A DNA stretch of 64,000 nucleotides from an uncultured Bacteriovoracaceae bacterium (GTDB lineage: Bacteria > Bdellovibrionota > UBA2428), in contig CALFZE010000124.1 of assembly GCA_937952285.1 (NCBI GenBank), positions 36,649-100,648 of the forward strand. Reading direction: 5' to 3'. The first letter of the stretch is position 1, and every line of letters begins with the position of its first letter. Positions 48,265 to 56,929 of the stretch are shown here, piece after piece. Below the pieces are notes generated by a model. That model saw nothing but the letters and a program-made list of their open reading frames with translations, was not told the DNA's origin and made no database searches. The position numbers were made by a program, and so were the translations under genes.

Positions 48265-48553
48265 TGTATCGGCCCGCGGGGGGACCGCGCTCGACAAATT
48301 CCCGGCGTCGGAAAACCGGCGCCGCGGGCAAGCTCTCTCGGAATATCTCATCCTCACGGCCCTCGTGGCCGTCGCCTCCATCGGCGTCATCCAGCTTCTG
48401 GGCAGCAACCTGAACCGCTCCCTGGGCGAAGTCGCCGCGGCCCTGGGGGGAGAAAGAAAGGAAATAACCAAGAAAACGGTCGAGGAAAAACATTACGAAG
48501 TCCGCGACCTGGGCGATTTCAACAAGGCCATGGAAGACAAGGACAGCAAATGA
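48242..48553 (+). CDS. flp: Flp-family type IVb prepilin
   Basis: Leader ...DKFPASENRRRG then mature QALSEYLILTALVAVASIGVIQLL. This is the Flp G/xxxEY motif (compare Caulobacter PilA ...KDESGATAIEYGLIVALIAV). The start is uncertain: GTG at 48242 or ATG at 48194. Confidence 0.55.
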   Translation: MRGVILPIVSARGGTALDKFPASENRRRGQALSEYLILTALVAVASIGVIQLLGSNLNRSLGEVAAALGGERKEITKKTVEEKHYEVRDLGDFNKAMEDKDSK

Positions 48554-48876
48554 CCGCCCGTCAAAAAGGAAACGTCCTCGTCGAGTGTCTGGTGCTGACG
48601 CCGGTGTGGGTCGCGCTTTTCTCGATCGCCTTCGGCGGCCTCGGCCAGCTCGCGATCCGCGAGGCCTTCCGCGCGAAGGCCTACCTGCTCGCCCGCGCCC
48701 ATCTCTACGGGAATGACCGCGGCGTCTGTTCGATCTCGTTCCCCAAGATCCCCGTCTTCGCCGAAAGCGTCGCTTGCCGGTGCTCGGGAGCGGGCACGGT
48801 AAGCGTCGACGTCCGGGGGCGGGGCCCTTTTCGCTACACGCTCGACATCGACCTGGTTAACGGAGGTGTCTCGTGA
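48550..48876 (+). CDS. tadE: TadE-like pseudopilin
   Basis: RQKGNVLVECLVLTPVWVALFSIAFGG matches the TadE/TadF N-terminal motif (G-x-x-x-VE-F/C-A/L). ATGA overlap with flp. Confidence 0.6.
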   Translation: MTARQKGNVLVECLVLTPVWVALFSIAFGGLGQLAIREAFRAKAYLLARAHLYGNDRGVCSISFPKIPVFAESVACRCSGAGTVSVDVRGRGPFRYTLDIDLVNGGVS

Positions 48877-49412
48877 TCGCCCTCTTCCTTGCCTTCCTGG
48901 GAGCAATTTTTCTTTCGGGACTCGAGACCAATCCGATTTCATTCGTTTCCGAAGTGGCCAGCGGCATTCACAAGACGTCCCGACTGGATCACGAAGTCGC
49001 TCGCCTTTCCGATTCGGCGGCGAACGCCATTCAGAACGTCGAACTCGCGAACGACCGTCTCGAGAAACTCAAGGTGCAGTGCCTCGCGCTCAATTTGATC
49101 GGCGCCATCGTGGAAGCTCCGCTCCTGCGGGGGATCGGCGAGGCCATCGCGCTGGAACAGGACTTCGCTTGGCGCGCCTGGACGTTGTCGAGCCGAACTT
49201 CGGGCGACTTCGCCATCCATCACCGCGAGCCCTTGCGCGGGGTACCCGGCGCCTGCCTCATTCCGGGCTCACTCGCCTGGCGAAGCTTCGGCCATCCCAT
49301 CGTGTCCCTCACCTGGTCCGAACAACCTTCGCGAGCCGGATCGAACGTCTACCTTTCGCTTCGCGGCGAGGCGTATTGGACCTACCACGGCCAGGGAGTA
49401 CGGGCCCTATGA
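48873..49412 (+). CDS. Membrane protein of unknown function in the Flp/TadE mini-operon
   Basis: 179 aa, N-terminal hydrophobic helix MIALFLAFLGAIFLSGL. ATGA overlap with tadE. Confidence 0.45.
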   Translation: MIALFLAFLGAIFLSGLETNPISFVSEVASGIHKTSRLDHEVARLSDSAANAIQNVELANDRLEKLKVQCLALNLIGAIVEAPLLRGIGEAIALEQDFAWRAWTLSSRTSGDFAIHHREPLRGVPGACLIPGSLAWRSFGHPIVSLTWSEQPSRAGSNVYLSLRGEAYWTYHGQGVRAL

Positions 49413-49539
49413 TGCCGCTCGAAGCACTCGTCCTGCTGCTCGCAACTTGCGTCCTGGCCGCGGGAATCGTCGAGGTCGCCCAGAGGGCGGACCTTTTTCA
49501 CGCGGAACTTCTCAGAACATCCTACGGGAGATTCGAATC

Positions 49540-50034
49540 ATGTCGTCGACCGACAAATTCGCCTGGCTTGAACCTTTGACGCCTTCGACCGCGGAAATCC
49601 CCGCCGAGGTTCCGGTCGTCCCGGATCGCTACGAGCGAATCAAGAAGCTGCGTCCTTTCGCGCCCTGGATCGGAATCACGATCGCGTTTGCCGTCCTCAT
49701 GAGTTTTCGCCGCGAGGCTCCCGCCCGGATCGAAGGCGGCGCCCCGACGACGATCGAAGTCGTCGCGCCCGTTCTGCCGCTCGCGCCTAGGACCACGCTC
49801 CGAAACGACCAGTTCCAGATCTTTCCCGTTCGAAAGTCCCAGCTCACAAAGACCCAACTTCAGGACATCGTACGTCCCGAGCAGGTCCGCCACTTCAACG
49901 GCACGATCCGAACGCGCAAACTCGTCTCGCCCGACCGTCCCCTTCGCTGGTCCGATCTCGAGTGGACGAAACCCGAACGCGGCGCCGGACGCCCCCAAGT
50001 TTTCTACGGTAATCCCGGAAAGGACACCCCATGA
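49540..50034 (+). CDS. Membrane protein with possible SAF/CpaB-like domain (164 aa)
   Basis: Start at MSSTDKF with SD GGGAG. TM WIGITIAFAVLMSF. The family call is weak. Confidence 0.35.
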   Translation: MSSTDKFAWLEPLTPSTAEIPAEVPVVPDRYERIKKLRPFAPWIGITIAFAVLMSFRREAPARIEGGAPTTIEVVAPVLPLAPRTTLRNDQFQIFPVRKSQLTKTQLQDIVRPEQVRHFNGTIRTRKLVSPDRPLRWSDLEWTKPERGAGRPQVFYGNPGKDTP

Positions 50035-50540
50035 GCACGACCCTAGGCTGCCTTGTCTTTCTTCGGCTGGCTTCCGCCAGCGCCCAGCTTCCCGCGCACG
50101 TGGAGTCCCTGCTGCTCGAGCGGGTGCGCGCGGGGATCGAGAGCCAAGCACCCGACCTCGACATCCGTTTCGACCGCGACGACTGCGAGGACCGGGCGAC
50201 CTACGCGTTCGGCCTCGACTCGCTCGTGCTCGAAGGCGCTTCGAAACGATGGACGGGACGGGCACTCGTCGCGATACCCGACCTGCTCGACGGCCGGCGA
50301 ATCGACTACGGTCCCTACCTGCGACACGGAGACGGTGATACGCCACGAACGGTCGTCCCCATCCCGGTGGCGCGCGACGAATCGAGCGCCCGGCCTTGGC
50401 TCTTGGGCCTTGGCGGTGGCGCGATCGGTGCCGGGGCCGGCGCCATTTTCAGCCCGAACGACGCCAGCCGTCCATTGAACGCCGTCGTCTTCGGACTTGG
50501 CGGAGCCCTCCTCGGCAGCATCCTTGGTTTTGTTTTCTAA
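50031..50540 (+). CDS. Secreted protein with C-terminal glycine-zipper transmembrane segment (169 aa)
   Basis: Signal peptide ending ASASAQ. C-terminal LGLGGGAIGAGAGAIF...VVFGLGGALLGSILGFVF. ATGA overlap with the upstream gene. Confidence 0.45.
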   Translation: MSTTLGCLVFLRLASASAQLPAHVESLLLERVRAGIESQAPDLDIRFDRDDCEDRATYAFGLDSLVLEGASKRWTGRALVAIPDLLDGRRIDYGPYLRHGDGDTPRTVVPIPVARDESSARPWLLGLGGGAIGAGAGAIFSPNDASRPLNAVVFGLGGALLGSILGFVF

Positions 50541-50556
50541 TTATTGGAGTGACATC

Positions 50557-51798
50557 ATGAAACGATTTCTTCTGACTTACATGACTTTCGTTCTGAGCGC
50601 GTGCGCCTTCGTCCCCGATCCTTCGATGAGACCGACGTCGGAAAGCGGCCCGCCCCCGAAGATGCCGGAGGTGATCGAGACTTCACCAAGCGAAGTCGAA
50701 ACGCCGGACACAAAACCGGCCGCGAAAGTTTCCGGTGAAACGCCGATCTCCCTCTCGAAACTCGAATTGAAGGTCGTCGGAGAGACGCAGCCGGACCAAT
50801 ACTCGGTTCTCGTCCGTTGGAACTACTCGGAAAGCCGTCACTACAAGCTCGTCCGCCAAGCCCAACACAAGACGGAGCTTATCGTGCTCGGGGTTCACGA
50901 CCAGGGCATGGGAGAGTACCGCGACCAAACGGTCGACGCCGGCGGCCGCTACGTCTACGCGCTCCAAGCGCAAGACGTCGCCGCGCGCACGGAGCTTCTG
51001 CAAAAAATCGCGATTCCTAAGGACTTCGTCATTCAGGGTGAAATGAGTGCGGGAGCGATTCCCACCGGAACGACGCGTTTGTTTCTCGCCAAGAACGCCG
51101 TGCTTCGCTCGGTCGCGCCGCTCACGGCGACGCGTATCGAAGTCCAGGAAATCGTCGCCGCGGAAGGATCCCGAATCGAGCCGGTTTCGGGACACGACGT
51201 CGTGCCGAACGGTTCGCCGGCGCCCTTCTCGGTGAAAGCCCTCAGCGCGAGGGGTTTCCTCTCCGTTTCGACCCGAGGATTCATCGGAGAAAGAGGCCGG
51301 GACGGCGGAAGCGGGGCCACGGGAGCCGCCGGCCCTCCCGGCATGCCTAGCTTCATCGCCGAGGAACAGGCCGGGCACGACTGCGGGAACATGCGGCGGG
51401 TCGGAGGATTCTGCCGCGCCGTTAAGGTTTGTCAGTCCGAACCGACGAACGGCGGCGGTGGCAACGTCGGCGGTCCCGGGGGGAACGGCGGAATCGGCGC
51501 GACGGGTTCCGACTCGGTCCGGGTTCGGATCGAGATCAAAGACGCCAAACATCTCGTCGTCCGTTACGACTCCGAAGGTGGAGCGGGGGGCGCGGGAGGA
51601 AGCGGTGGAGCGGGCGGGGCCGGCGGCGCGGGCGGCTCGCCCGGAACCCATACGCCGCCCTGCGCGAGAAGGGCCAGCGCCGGGCCGAGAGGCCCCCAAG
51701 GCCCGCGCGGTCAAGACGGAGCACGCGGCGCCCCCGGCAAAGCGCTCGATCCTTGCCTCATCTTGGGAGATACGACCCTAGGACTTTGCCGAGACTAA
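50557..51798 (+). CDS. Lipoprotein with C-terminal collagen-like (Gly-X-Y) repeat region
   Basis: Start at MKRFLLTYMTFVLSACAF (lipobox LSAC, SD GGAGTG). C-terminal GGAGGAGGSGGAGGAGGAGGSPG...GPRGPQGPRGQDGARGAPGKA. Confidence 0.6.
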   Translation: MKRFLLTYMTFVLSACAFVPDPSMRPTSESGPPPKMPEVIETSPSEVETPDTKPAAKVSGETPISLSKLELKVVGETQPDQYSVLVRWNYSESRHYKLVRQAQHKTELIVLGVHDQGMGEYRDQTVDAGGRYVYALQAQDVAARTELLQKIAIPKDFVIQGEMSAGAIPTGTTRLFLAKNAVLRSVAPLTATRIEVQEIVAAEGSRIEPVSGHDVVPNGSPAPFSVKALSARGFLSVSTRGFIGERGRDGGSGATGAAGPPGMPSFIAEEQAGHDCGNMRRVGGFCRAVKVCQSEPTNGGGGNVGGPGGNGGIGATGSDSVRVRIEIKDAKHLVVRYDSEGGAGGAGGSGGAGGAGGAGGSPGTHTPPCARRASAGPRGPQGPRGQDGARGAPGKALDPCLILGDTTLGLCRD

Positions 51799-51802
51799 GT
51801 TC

Positions 51803-52267
51803 TTAGAGGGAAGCCGGCGTCGGCAGCGGATCCAGCCGGCATCCCTTCGACGCGAGCTTGGTCAGAGCGCCCGCCCGGGCTTCGACCACGAAAATCGCGG
51901 GGCCTTTGCTTTCGTAGACGGGGAGCTTGTCTTCGCGCTGGAGCGGGCTCGTTCCCTTCATCAAGGTGGCCGAAACGAAGTGCCCCCGACGATCGAAAAA
52001 GGCGATGTCGATGTCGAAGGGGACGTTTTTCATCCAAAAGGTTTGGACCTCCTCGGAAGTGAAGACGAAGAGCATGCCTTTGCCGACGGGAACTTCCGTT
52101 CGATTCATGAGCCCAATGCGACGGGACTCGGGCTTGTCCGCGACCTCCAGCGAGAAGGCCTGATCGCAAACCCGGAACGATTTGGCGGGTAGAGACTGCG
52201 GCTTCGTTTGCGCGAAGCTCGACGAGGTCAATACGAGGGTGACGAGGAAGAAAGAAATCCGACGCAT
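51803..52267 (-). CDS. DUF192 (COG1430) secreted protein
   Basis: GLMNRTEVPVGKGMLFVF...FWMKNVPFDIDIAFFD matches DUF192 conserved blocks. Has a signal peptide. Confidence 0.6.
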   Translation of the reverse strand: MRRISFFLVTLVLTSSSFAQTKPQSLPAKSFRVCDQAFSLEVADKPESRRIGLMNRTEVPVGKGMLFVFTSEEVQTFWMKNVPFDIDIAFFDRRGHFVSATLMKGTSPLQREDKLPVYESKGPAIFVVEARAGALTKLASKGCRLDPLPTPASL

Positions 52268-52977
52268 CTTTCGAAGTGTGGCCAAGAAAGGCCCGTGATT
52301 TCAACCCATTTTCGATAAACCGCGATTTCTTGTGCGGCGCTCAGGCTTTTTCCGCGGTCGGCAAAGAAGGTCCAAAGCTTGGCGAAATCCGGAACTTGCA
52401 CGCCGAGGCCGTGGGACCACGCCGCGCGCTCGATCTCGCTCCAGGCACCGGACTTGAGGATCTCGGCCGCAAAATCCCCGTAGCCGAGGTGGTGAGCCGC
52501 CCAAAGCCAGAAAGCGATGCGGGGAAGTTTGCCGAGTTTCTCGAGCTCCGGAAATGAGGCATCACGCAAGAAACGGCCAAGGCCGCGAAAGAAGCTCGGA
52601 TCCCCGAGCCCCTCCGGCACCAGATCGCGAATCAAGGCGACCGCAAAAAGGCCGCAATCCAGTCGATAGTAGGAACTCCGCAGGTGGGGAAAGGACTCGC
52701 GCAGATCGACGCGGTCGAGACGCCAAAGCGCCACGCCGCCGCCCTCGGGATCACGGGGGACGACGAGATGCGCGGTGCCGAAATTGCCGGGATCGAGCGA
52801 GGCGCCGAAACGGCGCTTGGAAGACTGGGCGCCTTTCGCGACGGCCGAGATCTTTCCCTCTTCGGCGGAAATCAGGCGCACGATGGAGTCTTTCTCACCG
52901 AGCGGCAGGCTTCCCAAAATCAGCACGGGAAGCGCGATCGTATCGCCCGCCCGACGCGGAGCGGTCGCGGACGTCAC
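52228..52977 (-). CDS. recO: DNA repair protein RecO
   Basis: N-terminal OB-fold block ILGSLPLGEKDSIVRLISAEEGKISAVAKGA. 249 aa. Confidence 0.7.
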   Translation of the reverse strand: MTSATAPRRAGDTIALPVLILGSLPLGEKDSIVRLISAEEGKISAVAKGAQSSKRRFGASLDPGNFGTAHLVVPRDPEGGGVALWRLDRVDLRESFPHLRSSYYRLDCGLFAVALIRDLVPEGLGDPSFFRGLGRFLRDASFPELEKLGKLPRIAFWLWAAHHLGYGDFAAEILKSGAWSEIERAAWSHGLGVQVPDFAKLWTFFADRGKSLSAAQEIAVYRKWVEITGLSWPHFERCVGFLSSSSPSY

Positions 52978-54005
52978 GCGAGCGAGTCTCCGCCTTCAAC
53001 GTCGCTCAGCGGAACTTCGTGGCGGTAGGTCAGATAGAAAAGTCCGCCCGAGAGGTTCACGATGAGACTTAAAGCCTGGAAACCCGTGATCAGCGTGGCT
53101 CCGAACGAGGGAGGCGAAACGGCGAGCGCCTGGAACATCGACGCGAAGGCGAGCTGCCCGACCCCGAGGCCCATAGGAGCGATAGGCAAGGACATCGCGC
53201 AAAGGCCCATCGAGGCCGCCATCACGAAAAGCGAGAAGGGCAGCTCGACGGCGTGGCCGAAGAGGAGCTGCGCCATCCCGTACATGAGACCTAGGTTCGC
53301 GACGTGGATGACAAACGACAAGCCGTAAACGAACCAAAGCATGGCCGCCTGGCTACCGTAGATCCTCAGGACGTCATCGAGGATGCGCCCCAGACGCATC
53401 GCGCGAAAGCGAGGCGGAACCAACGCGCGAAGTTTTTCGTGAAGCAGCGGAACGAGCACGAGACCCGCGAGCGACGCCGCCAAACCCCACACCAAAAGAT
53501 GGCCCAACGTCGTCATAAGCAAGCGAGGACCGTCCGCGAGAGCTTCGATGCGTTCACGGCCGAGCAAGTAACCGACGCCGCCTACCCCGATCAGCGCGAC
53601 CAAACCCAGCCCACGATCCAAAAGGACCGAAGAAACGGTCAAGGTACGGCGGGAAGGATAGCGGCGCGCGACGTAAACGGCCTTCACGACGTCGCCGCTG
53701 ACGGTGCCCGGCAGCACGGCCGAGAAGAACGCGCCAACCATTCCCAGTCTCATCGCATCAAAAAAGCTCATCTGGACGCCAAGGCGCTGGACGAGAATGC
53801 GCCAGCGCCAGAAGCCGACCGCAAGCAGGGCGTAGACGCCGACCAGAATGAGAAGCGTCCATTCCGGCGACGAAAAAAGCGGGCCCAGCTCGGAGAAAGA
53901 AAGTCGATCGCTCCGGATAAGATAGGTCACCAAGCCGACCGCGAGCGCCCACTTGAAAAGACTCGTCCAGTTCAGGGCCGATCCTCGCGAATTCTTTTCA
54001 GACAT
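52974..54005 (-). CDS. UPF0104 / lysylphosphatidylglycerol-synthase-TM-like (flippase-like) membrane protein
   Basis: About 8 TM helices. Start at MSEKNSRG. Confidence 0.6.
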   Translation of the reverse strand: MSEKNSRGSALNWTSLFKWALAVGLVTYLIRSDRLSFSELGPLFSSPEWTLLILVGVYALLAVGFWRWRILVQRLGVQMSFFDAMRLGMVGAFFSAVLPGTVSGDVVKAVYVARRYPSRRTLTVSSVLLDRGLGLVALIGVGGVGYLLGRERIEALADGPRLLMTTLGHLLVWGLAASLAGLVLVPLLHEKLRALVPPRFRAMRLGRILDDVLRIYGSQAAMLWFVYGLSFVIHVANLGLMYGMAQLLFGHAVELPFSLFVMAASMGLCAMSLPIAPMGLGVGQLAFASMFQALAVSPPSFGATLITGFQALSLIVNLSGGLFYLTYRHEVPLSDVEGGDSLA

Positions 54006-54020
54006 TCTATAAGGGTTTAG

Positions 54021-55010
54021 ATGCAAGCCGAGAGGACTTCAACGGTCGTCGTAACGGGAGCCGCGGGCTTTTTGGGAAGCCATATCTGCGAGCGCTTCCT
54101 GAAGGACGGCCACCGGGTCCTCGGGATCGATAACCTTCGCACGGGCCTTCGCGCCAACGTCGAGTTCCTAGCCTCGCTTCCGACGGGCCGGGAGCGCTTC
54201 TGTTTCGTCGAAGCCGACGCCTCCGAGCCCTGGACGAGCTGGCTTGACCGGGCCCCGGAGGCCTGGATGAAGGACGTTCCCTACGTTTTCCACTTCGCGA
54301 GTCCGGCTTCGCCTCCGCTTTACCAGCGGTGGCCGCTCGAGACGCTCGCCGTAAACTCGGTCGGGCTTTGGTCCGCGCTCGATTTCGCGACCGAACGCGG
54401 CGCGCGCGTCATCTTCGCCTCGACGAGCGAGATTTACGGGGACCCGGCCGTTTCGCCCCAGCCGGAAACCTATTTCGGCAACGTAAACGGAATCGGGCCG
54501 CGCGCCTGCTACGACGAAGCCAAGCGCTTCGGCGAAGCCCTCATCGTGAGTTACAACCAGGCCAAAGGCACTCGGCACGGTTTCGTCCGCATCTTCAACA
54601 CCTACGGACCTCGCATGAACCCGGATGATGGCCGGGTCGTCGTGAATTTTCTTCGCCACGCCCAACTCGGACAACCGCTCCCCGTCCAAGGCGACGGCAA
54701 GCAGACCCGCTCCTTCTGTTACGTCGACGATCTCGTCGAAGGCCTCGTGCGCTTCGCCAAGAGCGAGGAAGTCGGCCCCATCAACCTTGGCAACGATCGC
54801 GAGTTCACGATCCTCGAACTCGTCGCCGCCGTGCAGAGCCTCTACCCCGAGAAGCCGCTCGCGCTTCGGCAATTGCCCGCGGCGATCGACGATCCCAAAC
54901 GACGAAGGCCGGATTTGAGCCTGGCTAAGTCGAAGCTGGGATGGTCGCCCACGATCGAACTCGAGAGCGGCCTGCGGCGCATGTCGGAATGGCTCGCGAC
55001 CCAAACATGA
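54021..55010 (+). CDS. UDP-glucuronate decarboxylase / UDP-xylose synthase-like NAD-dependent epimerase/dehydratase
   Basis: GAAGFLGSH Rossmann motif, YDEAKR catalytic YxxxK, TYGPRM. 329 aa. Confidence 0.85.
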   Translation: MQAERTSTVVVTGAAGFLGSHICERFLKDGHRVLGIDNLRTGLRANVEFLASLPTGRERFCFVEADASEPWTSWLDRAPEAWMKDVPYVFHFASPASPPLYQRWPLETLAVNSVGLWSALDFATERGARVIFASTSEIYGDPAVSPQPETYFGNVNGIGPRACYDEAKRFGEALIVSYNQAKGTRHGFVRIFNTYGPRMNPDDGRVVVNFLRHAQLGQPLPVQGDGKQTRSFCYVDDLVEGLVRFAKSEEVGPINLGNDREFTILELVAAVQSLYPEKPLALRQLPAAIDDPKRRRPDLSLAKSKLGWSPTIELESGLRRMSEWLATQT

Positions 55011-55873
55011 TTCGCGTCGTCGTCGTCTCCTATCGCAACGAGGCCACGTTGGATTCGTTGCTCGGATCCCTCGGGGAGAAACTTCGGACGAAGGCCGAGA
55101 TCGTGATGTGGACGAACGACGAGGGGAGCCGTGCTTTCCTCGAGGATTGGAAGCGGAGGCACCTTTCGTTTCCCCTTCCCGTTTTCGTGGGCGGTGACGG
55201 AACGAACGTCGGATTCTCGAAGGCCTGTAACCGTGCGGCGACCTTCGAAACGGGAAGCCCCAAGGCGGACGCGTTCTTCTTCGTCAATCCGGACGCGCGC
55301 CTGCTGACCCCGGTCGAAGACGCCGACGTAAGCGCCCTGCTCTCCCACCACGCCATCGTCGGCATACGCGTCTACGACGGCGACGCGAAAACTCCCCAAG
55401 CGAGCTCGCGCGGCTTTCCTTCCTTCGCGACCGCGATCACCGGTAGGGAAGGCTTCCTGACGAGACTGTGGCCCGGAAACCCTTGGAGCCAGCGCTACCT
55501 GCGGCCGGACCTCTTCGAAAAGAACGGCGTGGCCCGCGTCGACTGGGCGTCGGGAAGCGGACTTTTCGCGCCCCGGGACTTATGGGAACGCCTCGGAGGT
55601 TTCGACGAGCGTTTCTTCCTGTACGTCGAAGACGTCGACTTGGGACGCAAGGCCCAAGCGGCGGGGATTCCCGTCGTGCACGACCCGCGCCTTGCCATCG
55701 CGCACAGCATCGGCGGATCCTACGCCGGACGCCGAAGCTACCGCGCCGATCTTCACCATCACCGTGGCATGTGGAAGTACTACCTTAAGTGGTCGCGGGG
55801 GCCGCGGCTTCTCCTGGCCCCCCTCGTTTTGCTCGGAATTCTCGCCCGCTTTCTGCTGAGGCGCTTCGCTTGA
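55007..55873 (+). CDS. Glycosyltransferase family 2
   Basis: Start at MIRVVVVSYRNEATL, ATGA overlap with the upstream gene. DVD motif (YVEDVDLGRK). Confidence 0.7.
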   Translation: MIRVVVVSYRNEATLDSLLGSLGEKLRTKAEIVMWTNDEGSRAFLEDWKRRHLSFPLPVFVGGDGTNVGFSKACNRAATFETGSPKADAFFFVNPDARLLTPVEDADVSALLSHHAIVGIRVYDGDAKTPQASSRGFPSFATAITGREGFLTRLWPGNPWSQRYLRPDLFEKNGVARVDWASGSGLFAPRDLWERLGGFDERFFLYVEDVDLGRKAQAAGIPVVHDPRLAIAHSIGGSYAGRRSYRADLHHHRGMWKYYLKWSRGPRLLLAPLVLLGILARFLLRRFA

Positions 55874-56868
55874 AGGCCGTGATCCTCCTGGCGACTTACA
55901 ACGGCGAGCGCCACCTCGCCGAGCAGCTCGAAAGTTTGGCCGCTCAGACGCATCGCGATTGGCAGCTGTGGGTTCGCGACGACGGGTCCACCGATCGGAG
56001 CCCGCAGATCGCACGGGATTTCGCGGCCCGTGGCTTCGACGTGCGTTTGTTGCCGAGCGATGGCCGACGTTTGGGTCCCGCCGCGAGCTTCGGATACCTA
56101 CTGGGACGGGCGTTGGCAGAACCGACGTCGAACGAACGGATCTTTTTCTTCTGCGACCAGGACGACATTTGGAAGGCCAACAAGATCGCGCGCACGCTCG
56201 AATGCTTTGCGGACGTGAGCCATCGAGGTCGCGCGGTGTTTTCGGATCTCGAGGTCGTCAACCAGGATTGCCGTCCGATCGCGAGTTCGTTTCAGACGAT
56301 GGCCCGCCTGCGTTACCGCGCGGAAAACCCGCTCACTTCTCTCATCGTTCAGAATCACGTCACGGGTTGCACGCTCGCCTTCGATGCGGAACTCGCGCGG
56401 CGTTCCCTGCCGTTTCCGGCGGATCTCATGATGCACGACTGGTGGATCGCCCTGCTCGCGGCCGCGAGCGGAGAGCTCGTCGAAATCGAAGAAACGACTC
56501 TTCTCTATCGTCAGCACGAGGCCCAGGCCTCGGGTGGAGTCCGCGCCGGCCGTCTTGCCCGATTCTGGGGGCTCCTGAAACGCTGGACGCCCCTCGTAGC
56601 TCTGATGGAAGGACGTTTCCGCCAAAGCCGCGCGCTCGAGACCCGGCTCCGCGAAAGGGACTTGGCCCCAAAGGCCCAGGCTTTCTTGGCGACTTACCAT
56701 CGAAGGGCCGTCCGTCCTTTTCCTTTCTCGGCTTTAGGGATCTGGGTCCTGGGCATCCGTCTCCAGACGCTTCCCCGCACGCTCGTCTACGCGCTTCTGC
56801 TGGGATTGACGAGAGAACGGATCCGAAGCGTCCTCGCCTTGCCGTCCACTAGGCCCGATCGGGCATAG
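55870..56868 (+). CDS. Glycosyltransferase family 2 (second)
   Basis: Probable TTG start overlapping the upstream stop (TTGA). KAVILLATYNGERHL, WVRDDGSTDRS and CDQDDIW (DxD) motifs. Confidence 0.65.
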   Translation: MKAVILLATYNGERHLAEQLESLAAQTHRDWQLWVRDDGSTDRSPQIARDFAARGFDVRLLPSDGRRLGPAASFGYLLGRALAEPTSNERIFFFCDQDDIWKANKIARTLECFADVSHRGRAVFSDLEVVNQDCRPIASSFQTMARLRYRAENPLTSLIVQNHVTGCTLAFDAELARRSLPFPADLMMHDWWIALLAAASGELVEIEETTLLYRQHEAQASGGVRAGRLARFWGLLKRWTPLVALMEGRFRQSRALETRLRERDLAPKAQAFLATYHRRAVRPFPFSALGIWVLGIRLQTLPRTLVYALLLGLTRERIRSVLALPSTRPDRA

Positions 56869-56929
56869 ATCCTGCTCCGGCGGAGGCTAGGCCGCGCGAG
56901 GTGCCGGCCTTTAAGGAGGTAGAATCATC

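Noticed and set aside
49409-49579. 56-aa ORF MMPLEALVLLLATCVLAAGIVEVAQ... in the Flp/TadE operon
   Set aside because: It shares ATGA with the upstream gene but overlaps the next gene's SD and start by 40 nt. It could be a genuine small membrane peptide, but there is not enough evidence to call it.
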